A DNA stretch of 20,641 bases from Candidatus Latescibacterota bacterium (GTDB taxonomy: Bacteria > Latescibacterota > UBA2968): contig JAYODI010000086.1 in assembly GCA_038279365.1 (NCBI GenBank), forward strand, positions 1 to 20,641. The letters are read 5' to 3'. The position numbers and the translations under genes were made by a program. How positions within the stretch are numbered: position 1 is the first letter of the stretch; every line of letters begins with the position of its first letter. Below the pieces are notes generated by a model, which had not been told where the DNA came from, did no database searches, and saw only the letters and a list, made by a program, of their open reading frames with translations. Shown here one piece after another: positions 1-8,728 of this stretch.

Positions 1-56
1 ACGGCAAACGGCAAACGGCAAACGGCAAACGGCAAACGGCAAACGGCAAACGGCAG
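1..56. repeat. Heptamer tandem repeat (ACGGCAA)x7 + ACGGCAG, truncated by window start
   Basis: Read directly; seven perfect units plus one variant, downstream of the sulfatase stop. Confidence 0.97.
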
Positions 57-86
57 AAAAATCTACTTCAAAAACAGTGAAGCATT

Positions 87-1499
87 TTAGCCTAAATGGA
101 CGTCTTGTGTGTCGCCCCCGACCCAAGCGGCAACTTTGCCTGGTGTGAGGGTTTTGCCGTCGGAGAGGTTTTCGACACGGCCTTTGAGTTTTTGGGCCAA
201 ACATGCACGCCATTGGATGAGGGTTTGGTGATGTGTGGGATCTTGTGAGAGGTCGTGGCATTCATTGGGGTCGTTTTGTAAGTTGAAGAGTTGTTCATCA
301 CCATTGATGGGATTCCAGATGTATTTCCATTGGTGGTCGGTGAGAAATTGGTTGGCATTTTCGGGGTGATAACACGGGGCGTGTTCACCGTGATAATATG
401 ATCGCCAATCGGTGTTTTCTCCTTTTAAGAGTGGGATGATGCTTTTGCCTTCGACGGTGTCGGGAATGGGTGCTTCGGCAATGTCGAGGAAGGTGGGCAT
501 GATGTCTTCCCAGCCAACGACTTGATCAATTTCACGATTGCGGTTGATGGTCATGCTGGCAGGTGCTTTGACTATAAAAGGCACTCGTGCTGAAGCTTCA
601 TAGGCATAGGTTTTGCGCCAGAGGTTGTGGTCGCCAAGCATTTCGCCGTGGTCAGATGTGAAGAGCAGGAAGGTATTGCGATTGTTGCCACGTTGCAAAA
701 AGCGGTTGAGGCGACCAACTTGTGCGTCGAGATAAGCGAGATACGCATAATATGCAGCTCTGGCACGGTGCATGATATGATCGGGTACTTGCCCGCGCCA
801 CGCGTTGACATCGAGCGGGTATTCGGCCTCATCGGCATGGTGTTTGGCCCAGTTGCCAATATCGGGGCCGGGGAGATCTCGGTTGATGAATTGGTCGTAG
901 TAGACTTGGGGGGGGCACCAGGGGGGGTGGGGGCCGTTAAATGAGAGGCAAAGGAAAAAGGGGCGGGTGGGGTCGCGTTTGTCTAAGAAGTCGCGGGCTC
1001 GGTTGACGAACCATGTTTCTTCTTGCATGTGTTCGGGCAAGTGGTTGGGCCGTGCCATCCAGGAATTGCTGTCGATGCCGTGGGCATATTTTTCGGTATC
1101 GTAGCCAGGTTGTTTGGTCAGCCATTCTTCATAGTCTTCGGGGGTGATGAGTTGCTCAAAACCCAAGTGAAGACGGCGTGGGTGAAAGTGGGTTTTGCCG
1201 ATGTTGATGGTTTGGTAACCGGCTTTGGTGAGTTCGCCGGCCATGGTGTGTTTGTATTGCCAGGGTTTGCCATCTTGATAACCGACCATGCCAGCAGAGT
1301 AGGGCGTTTGACCGGTCATGAGGGCGCGGCGAGCAGGAGTACAAGATGGGCAAGGTGTGTAACCCCGGGTGAACATGGCACCTTCGCGGGAGAGGCTGTC
1401 GAGGTGAGGGGTTTCGGCCACGGGGTGATTGAGACGGCTGAGGCAATCGCCGCGAAAGTGGTCGGTGATGACGAGGACGATGTTGGGGCGTTCTGACAT
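87..1499 (-). CDS. Cys-type (formylglycine-dependent) S1 sulfatase, arylsulfatase/choline-sulfatase-like, probably cytoplasmic
   Basis: RPNIVLVITDH start, CTPARRALMTG signature (CxPxR), GKTH, PHPP, TSDHGEMLGDH, RVPFIV. Start moved to ATG 1499 because of AGGAG at 1506-1510; no signal peptide. Confidence 0.95.
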   Translation of the reverse strand: MSERPNIVLVITDHFRGDCLSRLNHPVAETPHLDSLSREGAMFTRGYTPCPSCTPARRALMTGQTPYSAGMVGYQDGKPWQYKHTMAGELTKAGYQTINIGKTHFHPRRLHLGFEQLITPEDYEEWLTKQPGYDTEKYAHGIDSNSWMARPNHLPEHMQEETWFVNRARDFLDKRDPTRPFFLCLSFNGPHPPWCPPQVYYDQFINRDLPGPDIGNWAKHHADEAEYPLDVNAWRGQVPDHIMHRARAAYYAYLAYLDAQVGRLNRFLQRGNNRNTFLLFTSDHGEMLGDHNLWRKTYAYEASARVPFIVKAPASMTINRNREIDQVVGWEDIMPTFLDIAEAPIPDTVEGKSIIPLLKGENTDWRSYYHGEHAPCYHPENANQFLTDHQWKYIWNPINGDEQLFNLQNDPNECHDLSQDPTHHQTLIQWRACLAQKLKGRVENLSDGKTLTPGKVAAWVGGDTQDVHLG

Positions 1500-1606
1500 G
1501 GAGGGCTCCTGTTTAAAACGATATGAATAACTGAGTTTGGTTGTTGGGCCTTTGTTTTTATATCCACTTTTGTTGAAGGACAATATAAAGCGGATATGTA
1601 TCTGGT

Positions 1607-1642
1607 AAAAGGAAAAGGTCACACCGTGTGGGTGTGACCTTT
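1607..1642 (-). terminator. Intrinsic terminator after the caspase-family gene
   Basis: Perfect 12-bp stem AAAGGTCACACC (1614-1625)/GGTGTGACCTTT (1631-1642), 5-nt loop, followed on the minus strand by TCCTTTT. Confidence 0.75.
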
Positions 1643-1722
1643 GTGGTTTGGAATAACTCAGCTTTTTAAGCAATCAGATTATTGAGATTGCCACAAATGG
1701 ATGTTTCCGTAGTGCTATGAGA

Positions 1723-3921
1723 TTAATGTGCAGGCCGCCCAATTTTGATGCCCACGAAATAACCTGGCCAGGTGGCGTGTTTGCCATTTGCGGAAACGCT
1801 TTTGTGCCCGCCCCAAGGTGAGAGAAAGGGTTTGTGTTTGCCGTTGTACAAATAGTTGGCAGAAGCACCAACAAAACAAGAGATGTTCTTTGTCAACTTG
1901 AAACCCACTGCACCGCGAATGCGAGACAGGTAGTTGCGCTCATAGTTGGTGTCTATGTCTTCAAGGCCCACATATTGGTGGCCTTGCAGATCTATGTAAG
2001 CAAATGAATTTTCAAATTGCCCACCAAACCCAATTCCGGCAACAAAAACGGGGTGTTGGTCAAATGCTTTTACGGCAACGGAATAGGATGTGTATAAATG
2101 TTGACCACCCGACTCAATGCTAAAATGACTGAGCCCGACTTCGTCTTGATAGAGATTGATGTTGAGCAGACCGTTGTTGGCATAGTTGAGTAGGCCAATG
2201 GTTTCGCCGTTGATGTGGTTTGAGAGGTTGACCACACCCATTTGTAGACCAGAGAGGCGATTGGCCACGTTTAAGACGCCCATTTGTAAGCCGGTGACTT
2301 GTTTGGCTACGTTGAGGGCACCAATTTGGCCCATTTGAATGTTTTGGGAGATGTTTGCGCCGCCTGCTATTTGAAAGGCGACGGTGTCGCGATTGATGTT
2401 GCTGAAGCCTGCAAATTGTCCGATGGCGGTAGATCCACCGGAGATGTTTGCGCCACCTGCCACTTGAAGTTTGACGGTTTGTTTTTTGTTGATATTTCCC
2501 AGCCCAGAAAATTGGTAGCCTGTGGCAAATTTTCCAACGTTTATTAATCCTGCTACTTGAACAGCGTGAACCGTATCTTGGGCAAAGTTGGCCAGTCCTG
2601 CAAATTGCCCTTTTTGAGACGGTCCATTTGCTACGTTCATGAGGCTGGATATTTGCATACCATCGACTCTTTTTTTGCCCATGTTGACCAAGCCTGCAAT
2701 TTGATTGCCCGATTGTTTTTGGGAAAGATTGGCAAAAAGAGACAGTTGAAATCCTGTAAAGGCTTCTTTTTGATAATTGTAGAAGAGTCCAAGGGAGACT
2801 TTGTGTTTGGCAATGTCCATTGAAAATTGGGGTTCGTTTACTTCAAACTGAACGCCTTCCGATTCTTTGCCCCGACTGGTGGTTTGCAAAGGTGTGGCCC
2901 GATGAAAATCTTGGGGGGTGAGTGTTTGGCGTTGTTGATCTACAATTTGGAGTGCCGATGTGGTAAAAGCGTGTTGTTGCTCTAAGTGAACAAAGTAGGT
3001 GCCTGGGGGCAAACCTAGTTCGACGGTACGCCCAGCAGGTTTGTTGAGTTCGGCGACCAAGCGTTTTTCTGAATCGCGAATGTAAAAACGACCACTTAAA
3101 ACTTCGCTCAATACCAAACCCGCAGAGGTTTGGCGCAGATCGGTCATGACCACATCACCGGTGCCTGTCATTTTGATGTCGTAAGATGGGTGCTGTGCCC
3201 CACCTTGGGTATCGACGGTGCGGTCGAGTGTGTTTTGAAACGCAAATTGATAGGCTTCGTTGAGGGTGACTTTGCCATCGCCTGAAATGTCGGCAGCACC
3301 TCGAAGACCAGAAACGAGATAGTGTGTGAAAAACGATGCACCAATGGCATCGGATTCCTGGGCCACTTCGGTTTCTGAGCTGGAGGTTAAAAAGGCGTGG
3401 CCTTTCATGTCTGTAGATTCGTCTACCAAAAACGCTTGTTGCCTTTGCCCGCCTTTAAAACGGGTAATGGCTCCAGAGGCACAGGCGTCTAACACGGCAA
3501 TCTGGACATCGGCTTGCAATGCTTGTAATGCGTGTCGAAGGTTTTGATAGGTAAATAGATCGTGCCCCAACAACAGACCGTTTTCGTCGGCATGGCCTGA
3601 ATAATAGACAATAATTTCAACGCGGTTGGTAGAGAGAGAGGCCGTGGCTACACGCTTTTGTAAAAGAACAAGGGCTTGTTCTAACTCTGTGAGGGTGGGC
3701 TCTTGTAAGAGAAACCGGTCTGCAGGATCAACACCGCCCATGGTTTATAAAACATGCACAAAGTTTTCGGCATCGGAAACGGCATAACGCAGTGGGGTTC
3801 TTTCGGCACCACCAAAATTGGCACCTGTGGCCAAGACAAAACGGCGAATGGTTTGGTTGGCCTGACTGGGCTGTATGTTTAACAACAATAAAAAGATAAC
3901 CACCATCCATTTTATGATCAT
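1723..3921 (-). pseudogene. Secreted caspase-family (peptidase C14) protease with C-terminal GxQxxGxxN surface repeats; interrupted by in-frame TAA at 3745-3747 (real lesion or sequence error)
   Basis: From ATG 3921 (ATGA overlap with upstream gene): MIIKWMVVIFLLLLNIQPSQA-NQTIRRFVLATGANFGGAERTPLRYAVSDAENFVHVL*TMGGVD..., in frame with the 672-aa ORF. Catalytic His (YYSGHA) and Cys (LDACASG); about 13 Q-x-x-G-x-x-N repeats; C-terminal beta-rich region ending WPGYFVGIKIG. Confidence 0.85.
2170..2760 (-). repeat. About 13 protein-level GxQ(I/F/V)xG(L/G)xN repeats, 13-16 aa each (LA_2272-like surface repeats)
   Basis: NQIAGLVN, GQFAGLAN, VQVAGLIN, LQVAGGAN, FQIAGGAN, LQMGVLN, LQMGVVN and others; near-identical DNA at 2348-2368 and 2440-2460. 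Confidence 0.8.
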
Positions 3922-4700
3922 TGTTTCATACCTTTTTGGAGTGTAAAGACAAATTGTTTGAGCGTGGTGTTGCGTTGCAATGAATCTGTGTTGGATTTGA
4001 GTGTACTTTGTAAAGCTTTGAGGTCAAAGGGTGTTTGAGACGTGATAAAATAAAAGCGTTCCCACTTGGGTGCATTGTCGAGTTCATATGAAAAATTTAA
4101 TGCAACAGGATTACCTTGTGTGAGCATGACCGATTGGTTACCCAAATCGGGTAGGTGTTGTGTGAGAATGCCGTTGCCATCAATAGAAAAAATAGCGCCA
4201 TATTTTTGATCACCGGCATGGTAATAAATTTGAATGCGATCTCCTTGATGTGCAACACTGCCATTGGTGAGGCTTTCTGTGCCTTGATCTGTTTTGCGAA
4301 ATAAAAACAGACGGGCATCGCCTTTGATGCGGGTGGGTTCTTGGAGTTGATCGGGTGCTACACCGTCGAGCATTTGAACTTCTCTGTTTGGTATCCAAAT
4401 GGACACTGCAATGGCCAATGCAAGAACGGCGGCCAATGCGAGTGCAGGCTTGAATTTTTGAAAAGGCGAAGGAATGACATTGCCCATTTGTTCTTTTATT
4501 TGAAGCACCATCTTTTCAGAAGGATACAATGCCTGAATTTTTTCGTTGGATGTTTTGATAGCAGATAGGCGCGATTGTAAGTCGAGATCGTTTTCTAATG
4601 TTTTGGCAAGGGATTCCATTTCGGCTTTGGGCAATTCGCCAAGCAGATAACGTTCGAGCGTTAAGTCGGGAATGGTTTTTGTGTCACAGTGATAGGTCAT
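3918..4700 (-). CDS. Putative transmembrane anti-sigma factor with extracytoplasmic DUF4384-like domain
   Basis: N-terminal LERYLLGEL anti-sigma-like helix, single TM (ALALAAVLALAIAVSIWI), TRIKG, then GDRIQ..Y..IFSIDGNG....H.P domain; ATGA overlaps with both neighbours. Confidence 0.75.
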   Translation of the reverse strand: MTYHCDTKTIPDLTLERYLLGELPKAEMESLAKTLENDLDLQSRLSAIKTSNEKIQALYPSEKMVLQIKEQMGNVIPSPFQKFKPALALAAVLALAIAVSIWIPNREVQMLDGVAPDQLQEPTRIKGDARLFLFRKTDQGTESLTNGSVAHQGDRIQIYYHAGDQKYGAIFSIDGNGILTQHLPDLGNQSVMLTQGNPVALNFSYELDNAPKWERFYFITSQTPFDLKALQSTLKSNTDSLQRNTTLKQFVFTLQKGMKQ

Positions 4701-5167
4701 GGTTCCTCCAGCAAATCTACAAGCGATTCTCGAAGGCCACGGAGGCGTTTGCGTATGCCAGAAACAGACATATTGACTTCGCGGGCAACTTCTTCGAGGG
4801 TCAGTCCGTCAACAAAGTGAAGGACAGCTATGGTACGTGTGGATATTTGATGGCAACCAAATAGCGTGTCTAAGAGCGATTTGGCGTCTATACGCGATTC
4901 GGGTTCTTCAAACCCTGCAATGTGTGTTAAAATGTCATCACCTGGTGTGTTGGTGCGTTGGTCGCGAATATAATTGAGGCAAATATTAGTGGCTATGCGA
5001 TAAAGCAGGCTAGACGGATAGCCTGAATGCAGTTGATTTTGGCGCTGAAGCACACGCACAAAAACATCTTGCATGGCATCTAAGGCACGATCTTCGTTGC
5101 GCAACAGTTGACGACACCGACGCAAAACCATGGGCCCATAGGTATTGTAAAGGGTTTCGACATTCAT
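4697..5167 (-). CDS. ECF RNA polymerase sigma-70 factor
   Basis: Region 2 (LYNTYGPMVLRRCRQLL..A.DAMQDVF, LYRIATNICLN) and region 4 (GLTLEEVAREVNMSVSGIRKRL); 156 aa. Confidence 0.95.
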   Translation of the reverse strand: MNVETLYNTYGPMVLRRCRQLLRNEDRALDAMQDVFVRVLQRQNQLHSGYPSSLLYRIATNICLNYIRDQRTNTPGDDILTHIAGFEEPESRIDAKSLLDTLFGCHQISTRTIAVLHFVDGLTLEEVAREVNMSVSGIRKRLRGLRESLVDLLEEP

Positions 5168-5210
5168 AGTTGTTTGTTTTGAAAAGCATTCTCTCGTGAT
5201 TTCATTTACT

Positions 5211-5239
5211 ATAACACATTTGGAAGTTGAAAGTGTTAC
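5211..5239 (-). promoter_or_regulatory. Candidate autoregulatory ECF promoter
   Basis: Minus strand GTAAC-N16-TGTGTT, close to the generic ECF AAC-N16/17-CGT layout, about 45 nt upstream of the sigma ATG. Confidence 0.5.
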
Positions 5240-5259
5240 TTAAAAAATAAAAAAAGCGG

Positions 5260-5288
5260 TTGCGCTTTTTGGATGCCTATAATAGATT
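5260..5288 (+). promoter_or_regulatory. Candidate sigma70 promoter for the S1 gene
   Basis: TTGCGC-N17-TAGATT, with TATAAT at 5278-5283 and an A-rich upstream tract. Confidence 0.35.
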
Positions 5289-5342
5289 CATATTTATCAA
5301 GTTAATGACATTTTTTCATCTAAAACCACCAAGGGTAGTGGC

Positions 5343-6581
5343 ATGAATGAGGCAAACGAATCACATAATATTGAAGAATTGGACAAGCAGTATAACAATG
5401 ATGGACCCAGCAAAGAATTTGCCGAATTGTTGGCCGAAAGTGAGCAAAAAGAAAATCACCGCGAAGTGACTTTGGGCGAAAAAGTGACAGGCACTTTACA
5501 GGCGATGGGTGATTCGGTTGCTTTTGTCGATTATGGTGGGCGCAGTGAAGCGTCTATTGAAATGCAAGAATTGCGCGATGAAGATGGCGAGCTTAAATAC
5601 AACTCGGGTGATGTGATTGAGGCTTATGTGGTGAGCACTGAGGGTGAGGTGCGTCTCACGCTTTCGATGCGTGCGTCAAGCCCCGAAATGTTGCAACAAG
5701 CAAAAGACAAAGGCATTCCAGTTGAAGGTAAGGTGACGGGTTTTAACCCTGGTGGTTTGGTGGTTAACATCAGTGGTGCACGTGCTTTTTGCCCGATGTC
5801 ACAAATTGATATGGGTTTTGTGGAGGACCCTGCTTCTTATGCGGGGCGAACCCTAACGTTTAAGATTATGGAATTGCGTGGGCGCAACAATGTGGTGGTG
5901 TCACACCGCGCCTATTTGGAAGAAGAAAACAGCAAAAAAGCCAATGAATTGCGCAAACAGTTGGCTGTCGATCAAGAACTCACGGGTAAGGTAACCCGCT
6001 TGGAACGATTTGGCGCATTTGTGGACTTGGGTGGTGTTGAAGGGTTGGTACACGTTTCTGAGATCAGCCACACACGTGTTGAAAATCCGAATGACGTGTT
6101 ACAAAAAGGGCAAGAGCTTCGGGTTAAGATTTTGGAGCTAAAAGACTTGGGTGGCAAAGAAGAGCGTATTTCTTTGTCGATGAAAGCGATGGAAGCCGAT
6201 CCTTGGGATAAAGCAACAGAACAGTTTAAAGAAGGCGATGTGGTGACGGGCAAAGTGGTTTCAACACCCAATTTTGGTGCCTTTGTTGAATTGGCTCCAG
6301 GCATTGAAGGCTTGGTTCACATTTCCCAACTGTCTTCTGGCAAACGCATTTCTAAACCCACAGAAGTGGTTTCTATTGGCCAAGAAGTACAAGCCCGTGT
6401 GCAAGAGATCAACCGGCGTCAAAAACGCATTTCGCTGTCGATGCGGGCCATTGAAGAAGATGCCACAGAAAAAGCGGCAGCAGAAGATATGGCTGCTTTT
6501 AAAGCCCAACAGCAAACCCAATCGCCCTCTGAGGCTGACAATGCAATGGCAGAAGCATTGCGTCGGGCAGGGTTAAAATAG
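5343..6581 (+). CDS. S1 RNA-binding domain protein, ribosomal protein S1-like (four S1 domains)
   Basis: Repeated G.V......GAFVDLGGVEGLVHVSEIS / FGAFVELAPGIEGLVHISQLS ... RISLSM motifs; AFCPMSQID in domain 2. Confidence 0.92.
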   Translation: MNEANESHNIEELDKQYNNDGPSKEFAELLAESEQKENHREVTLGEKVTGTLQAMGDSVAFVDYGGRSEASIEMQELRDEDGELKYNSGDVIEAYVVSTEGEVRLTLSMRASSPEMLQQAKDKGIPVEGKVTGFNPGGLVVNISGARAFCPMSQIDMGFVEDPASYAGRTLTFKIMELRGRNNVVVSHRAYLEEENSKKANELRKQLAVDQELTGKVTRLERFGAFVDLGGVEGLVHVSEISHTRVENPNDVLQKGQELRVKILELKDLGGKEERISLSMKAMEADPWDKATEQFKEGDVVTGKVVSTPNFGAFVELAPGIEGLVHISQLSSGKRISKPTEVVSIGQEVQARVQEINRRQKRISLSMRAIEEDATEKAAAEDMAAFKAQQQTQSPSEADNAMAEALRRAGLK

Positions 6582-6598
6582 GGTAACTGTTCATCATA

Positions 6599-6648
6599 AG
6601 CGGTCAGCAATCGGCTTTGATAAGCTGTGCGTTGACCGCTATTTTTTT
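6599..6648 (+). terminator. Intrinsic terminator after the S1 gene
   Basis: AGCGGTCA...TGACCGCT extended stem followed by ATTTTTTT. Confidence 0.65.
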
Positions 6649-6658
6649 AGGTGATGGA

Positions 6659-6997
6659 ATGGATGCGATAGATTTAGAGGCGTTGAGAAAAGACGTTGAA
6701 TTTCAGACCCTACGTGGCAGTGGTCCTGGTGGACAACATCGCAATAAAGTGGAGACCACGGTGCGTGCGGTTCATGTGCCCACAGGCTTAACGGTTGTGG
6801 CATCGGATCATCGCTCTCAGCTTCGCAACAAAGAGTTGGCATTGGAGCGGTTGCGCGAACGGTTGCAGGAACGGCTCAAAAAGAAAAAGCCCCGTATTGG
6901 CACAAAACCTTCACGGGGAGCGCGTGAAAAACGATTGGAGCAAAAACGCCATTTGGCACAAAAAAAACAATGGCGACGCCAGATGCATTCTGATTAG
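6659..6997 (+). CDS. arfB: Alternative ribosome rescue peptidyl-tRNA hydrolase ArfB/YaeJ-like
   Basis: GSGPGGQHRNKVETTV GGQ motif, RSQLRNKELAL, basic C-terminal tail KPRIGTKPSRGAREKRLEQKR; ATG 6659 after AGGTG. Confidence 0.85.
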   Translation: MDAIDLEALRKDVEFQTLRGSGPGGQHRNKVETTVRAVHVPTGLTVVASDHRSQLRNKELALERLRERLQERLKKKKPRIGTKPSRGAREKRLEQKRHLAQKKQWRRQMHSD

Positions 6998-7032
6998 AAG
7001 CGATTGGGTAACATATACCAATCGCTTTTTTT
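6998..7032. terminator. Terminator between convergent arfB and coiled-coil gene
   Basis: AAGCGATTGG (6998-7007)/CCAATCGCTT (7018-7027) perfect stem followed by a T run. Confidence 0.8.
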
Positions 7033-8728
7033 ATTCTTCTTGTTTGGTATAGGCTTGGTGGGGCATAAAGGCGCGGTCGTGGTTGATGCGAATGTATCGA
7101 ATAAGTGCTTTTTCTTGCATGTTGAGGCGTTCGACCAAATTGCGCATGGGATCTTGGCGTTCTTTGAGGTGTGCAATTTGGGCTTTGAGGTTTTTGGAAA
7201 AGCTTAGGAGGGTTTCGAGTTGTTCTCTTTGGGCATGGATGGTTTTTTCTGCATCTTCTACTTCTGTGGCCAAGTTTGATGCTTTGTAGCGGTCTAAATC
7301 GTTTTGGATGGTGCCCAATTCTTCTTGTTGGGCATCCAACTGTTTTTGATAACTCTCTTCTTGGGCATCGAGTGCTTCAAGGCCTGCTATGGCACGTTGT
7401 TTTTCGGTTTCGACATCTTCAATATAACTGAGCAGTTCCTCAGATTCCATTTCTTCGAGTTCTTCTAATGAGAGGTTGTCGCGGTTTTCGGTTGCCATGA
7501 CTGCTTTGAGTTTGTGCATTTGTTCGCGCAAATTTTGACGTTCTTCTTCCATTTCTTCTTCAAATATACGACGGCGTTCGCGCTGGCGTTGCATTTCGTC
7601 TTTGTATTCTTCTATGGCTTGCTGTGACCGTTCTAATTCGGCGCGCAATCCTTGAATGAGGAGTTCGTTGGCTTTGAGCTTTTGTTCGTATTCTCGCACT
7701 TGTGCACCCATGGAACTGGGTGTTTCAAATTTTTTGGTTTTATCGGGTGTGGGTTCAGAAGTCTTTTCAAAATTTGCCAAGAGTTTTTTCATTTCGGCAT
7801 TGAGACTGCGCACTTCTTCTTCTTTTTTGGCCAGTGTGTCTTGGAGCTCTCGGTAATCTTTTTGGAGTTCGTTATAACGATGCTGGAGTTTGTCTAATTC
7901 TAAAGAATCTGTTACCGTGGGTGTTGTTTCTATTTTGGGCGACGTTTCAATGGGTTCTACGCCTGCATTTTTAAGGCGTCTGATTTGGCCTTCGAGATTG
8001 GCAATTTGTTTGGTTTGTGCATTGGATTCTTCTTGAAGGTCGTGGTTTTCTTTTTTGGCTTTTTCGAATCGCTTTTGGAGAGTTTCGAGTTCTTTGTTGT
8101 CGCCATCGTTTTGAGAAACGCGGTATACTTTTGCCGATTCTGCATCTTCGGCCTCTTGGTTTTGACGGCGTATCTGGCCTTCAAGCTCGGCAATGCGTTG
8201 TTGTTGTGTGGTGATTTCGGATTGGAGGGCGCGGTTTTCGGCGCGTGATTGGTCGTATCGTTTTTGGAGGGCTTCTAAACCGGTGTCTTGAGTGGCTGTA
8301 TTTGGTGTAAGTGGAATGATTTTGGACGCGGAGAGGTCTTCTTCTGTAATTTCATAATCATCAACGTGTTCTACGGCTTCGATGAGGCGGGCAAATGCTT
8401 GTTCTATTTCGACAGCTTCTTTGGCCGAAATATGTACCCATTTGTCGGTGCCATAACCAGCTCCCGTTAAGACTTTGTGTACAGAATGCATGTCTTCTGT
8501 ACGTACAAATTCACGGGCAGATTCCTTAAATTGTTCTGCCCAATCGTCGGTATAAGATTTTGAAAGTTCTTCAAGATGTGGAAAAGCAATGCGAAAATGG
8601 TCGTAAAAAACACGCAGACAACGCACCACGTCATACCAGCGGTGTGCTTTGGCCATTTGTTGCTTAAAATGTTGAATGGGTACTGTTGTTTGTACAACAG
8701 ACAGTCCATTCTGTTCTGGTGGTGCCAT
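7031..8728 (-). CDS. Hypothetical long coiled-coil protein with N-terminal globular domain
   Basis: E/Q/K/L-rich heptads over about 400 aa; no TM or ATPase motif. ATG 8728 follows GAGGGGGG (alternative GTG start at 8755). Confidence 0.85.
   Translation of the reverse strand: MAPPEQNGLSVVQTTVPIQHFKQQMAKAHRWYDVVRCLRVFYDHFRIAFPHLEELSKSYTDDWAEQFKESAREFVRTEDMHSVHKVLTGAGYGTDKWVHISAKEAVEIEQAFARLIEAVEHVDDYEITEEDLSASKIIPLTPNTATQDTGLEALQKRYDQSRAENRALQSEITTQQQRIAELEGQIRRQNQEAEDAESAKVYRVSQNDGDNKELETLQKRFEKAKKENHDLQEESNAQTKQIANLEGQIRRLKNAGVEPIETSPKIETTPTVTDSLELDKLQHRYNELQKDYRELQDTLAKKEEEVRSLNAEMKKLLANFEKTSEPTPDKTKKFETPSSMGAQVREYEQKLKANELLIQGLRAELERSQQAIEEYKDEMQRQRERRRIFEEEMEEERQNLREQMHKLKAVMATENRDNLSLEELEEMESEELLSYIEDVETEKQRAIAGLEALDAQEESYQKQLDAQQEELGTIQNDLDRYKASNLATEVEDAEKTIHAQREQLETLLSFSKNLKAQIAHLKERQDPMRNLVERLNMQEKALIRYIRINHDRAFMPHQAYTKQEE

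Noticed and set aside
1-56. CRISPR array or telomere-like repeat
   Set aside because: Contiguous 7-nt units with no spacers; related short arrays occur internally at other intergenic sites; no cas genes.
1525-1661. Direct repeat GAATAACTSAG at 1525-1535 and 1651-1661 as an operator
   Set aside because: Only 11 bp, non-palindromic, 126 bp apart on either side of a terminator; could be chance.
1500-1673. 58-aa N-terminal extension of the sulfatase given by the ORF track
   Set aside because: It runs across the terminator hairpin, and the family-typical start MSERPNI has its own AGGAG RBS.
3728-3910. 60-aa ORF MDGGYLFIVV... as a separate gene or frameshifted caspase N-terminus
   Set aside because: The frame starting at ATG 3921 carries the signal peptide and C14 motifs and is in frame with the main ORF; the 60-aa ORF is a shadow.
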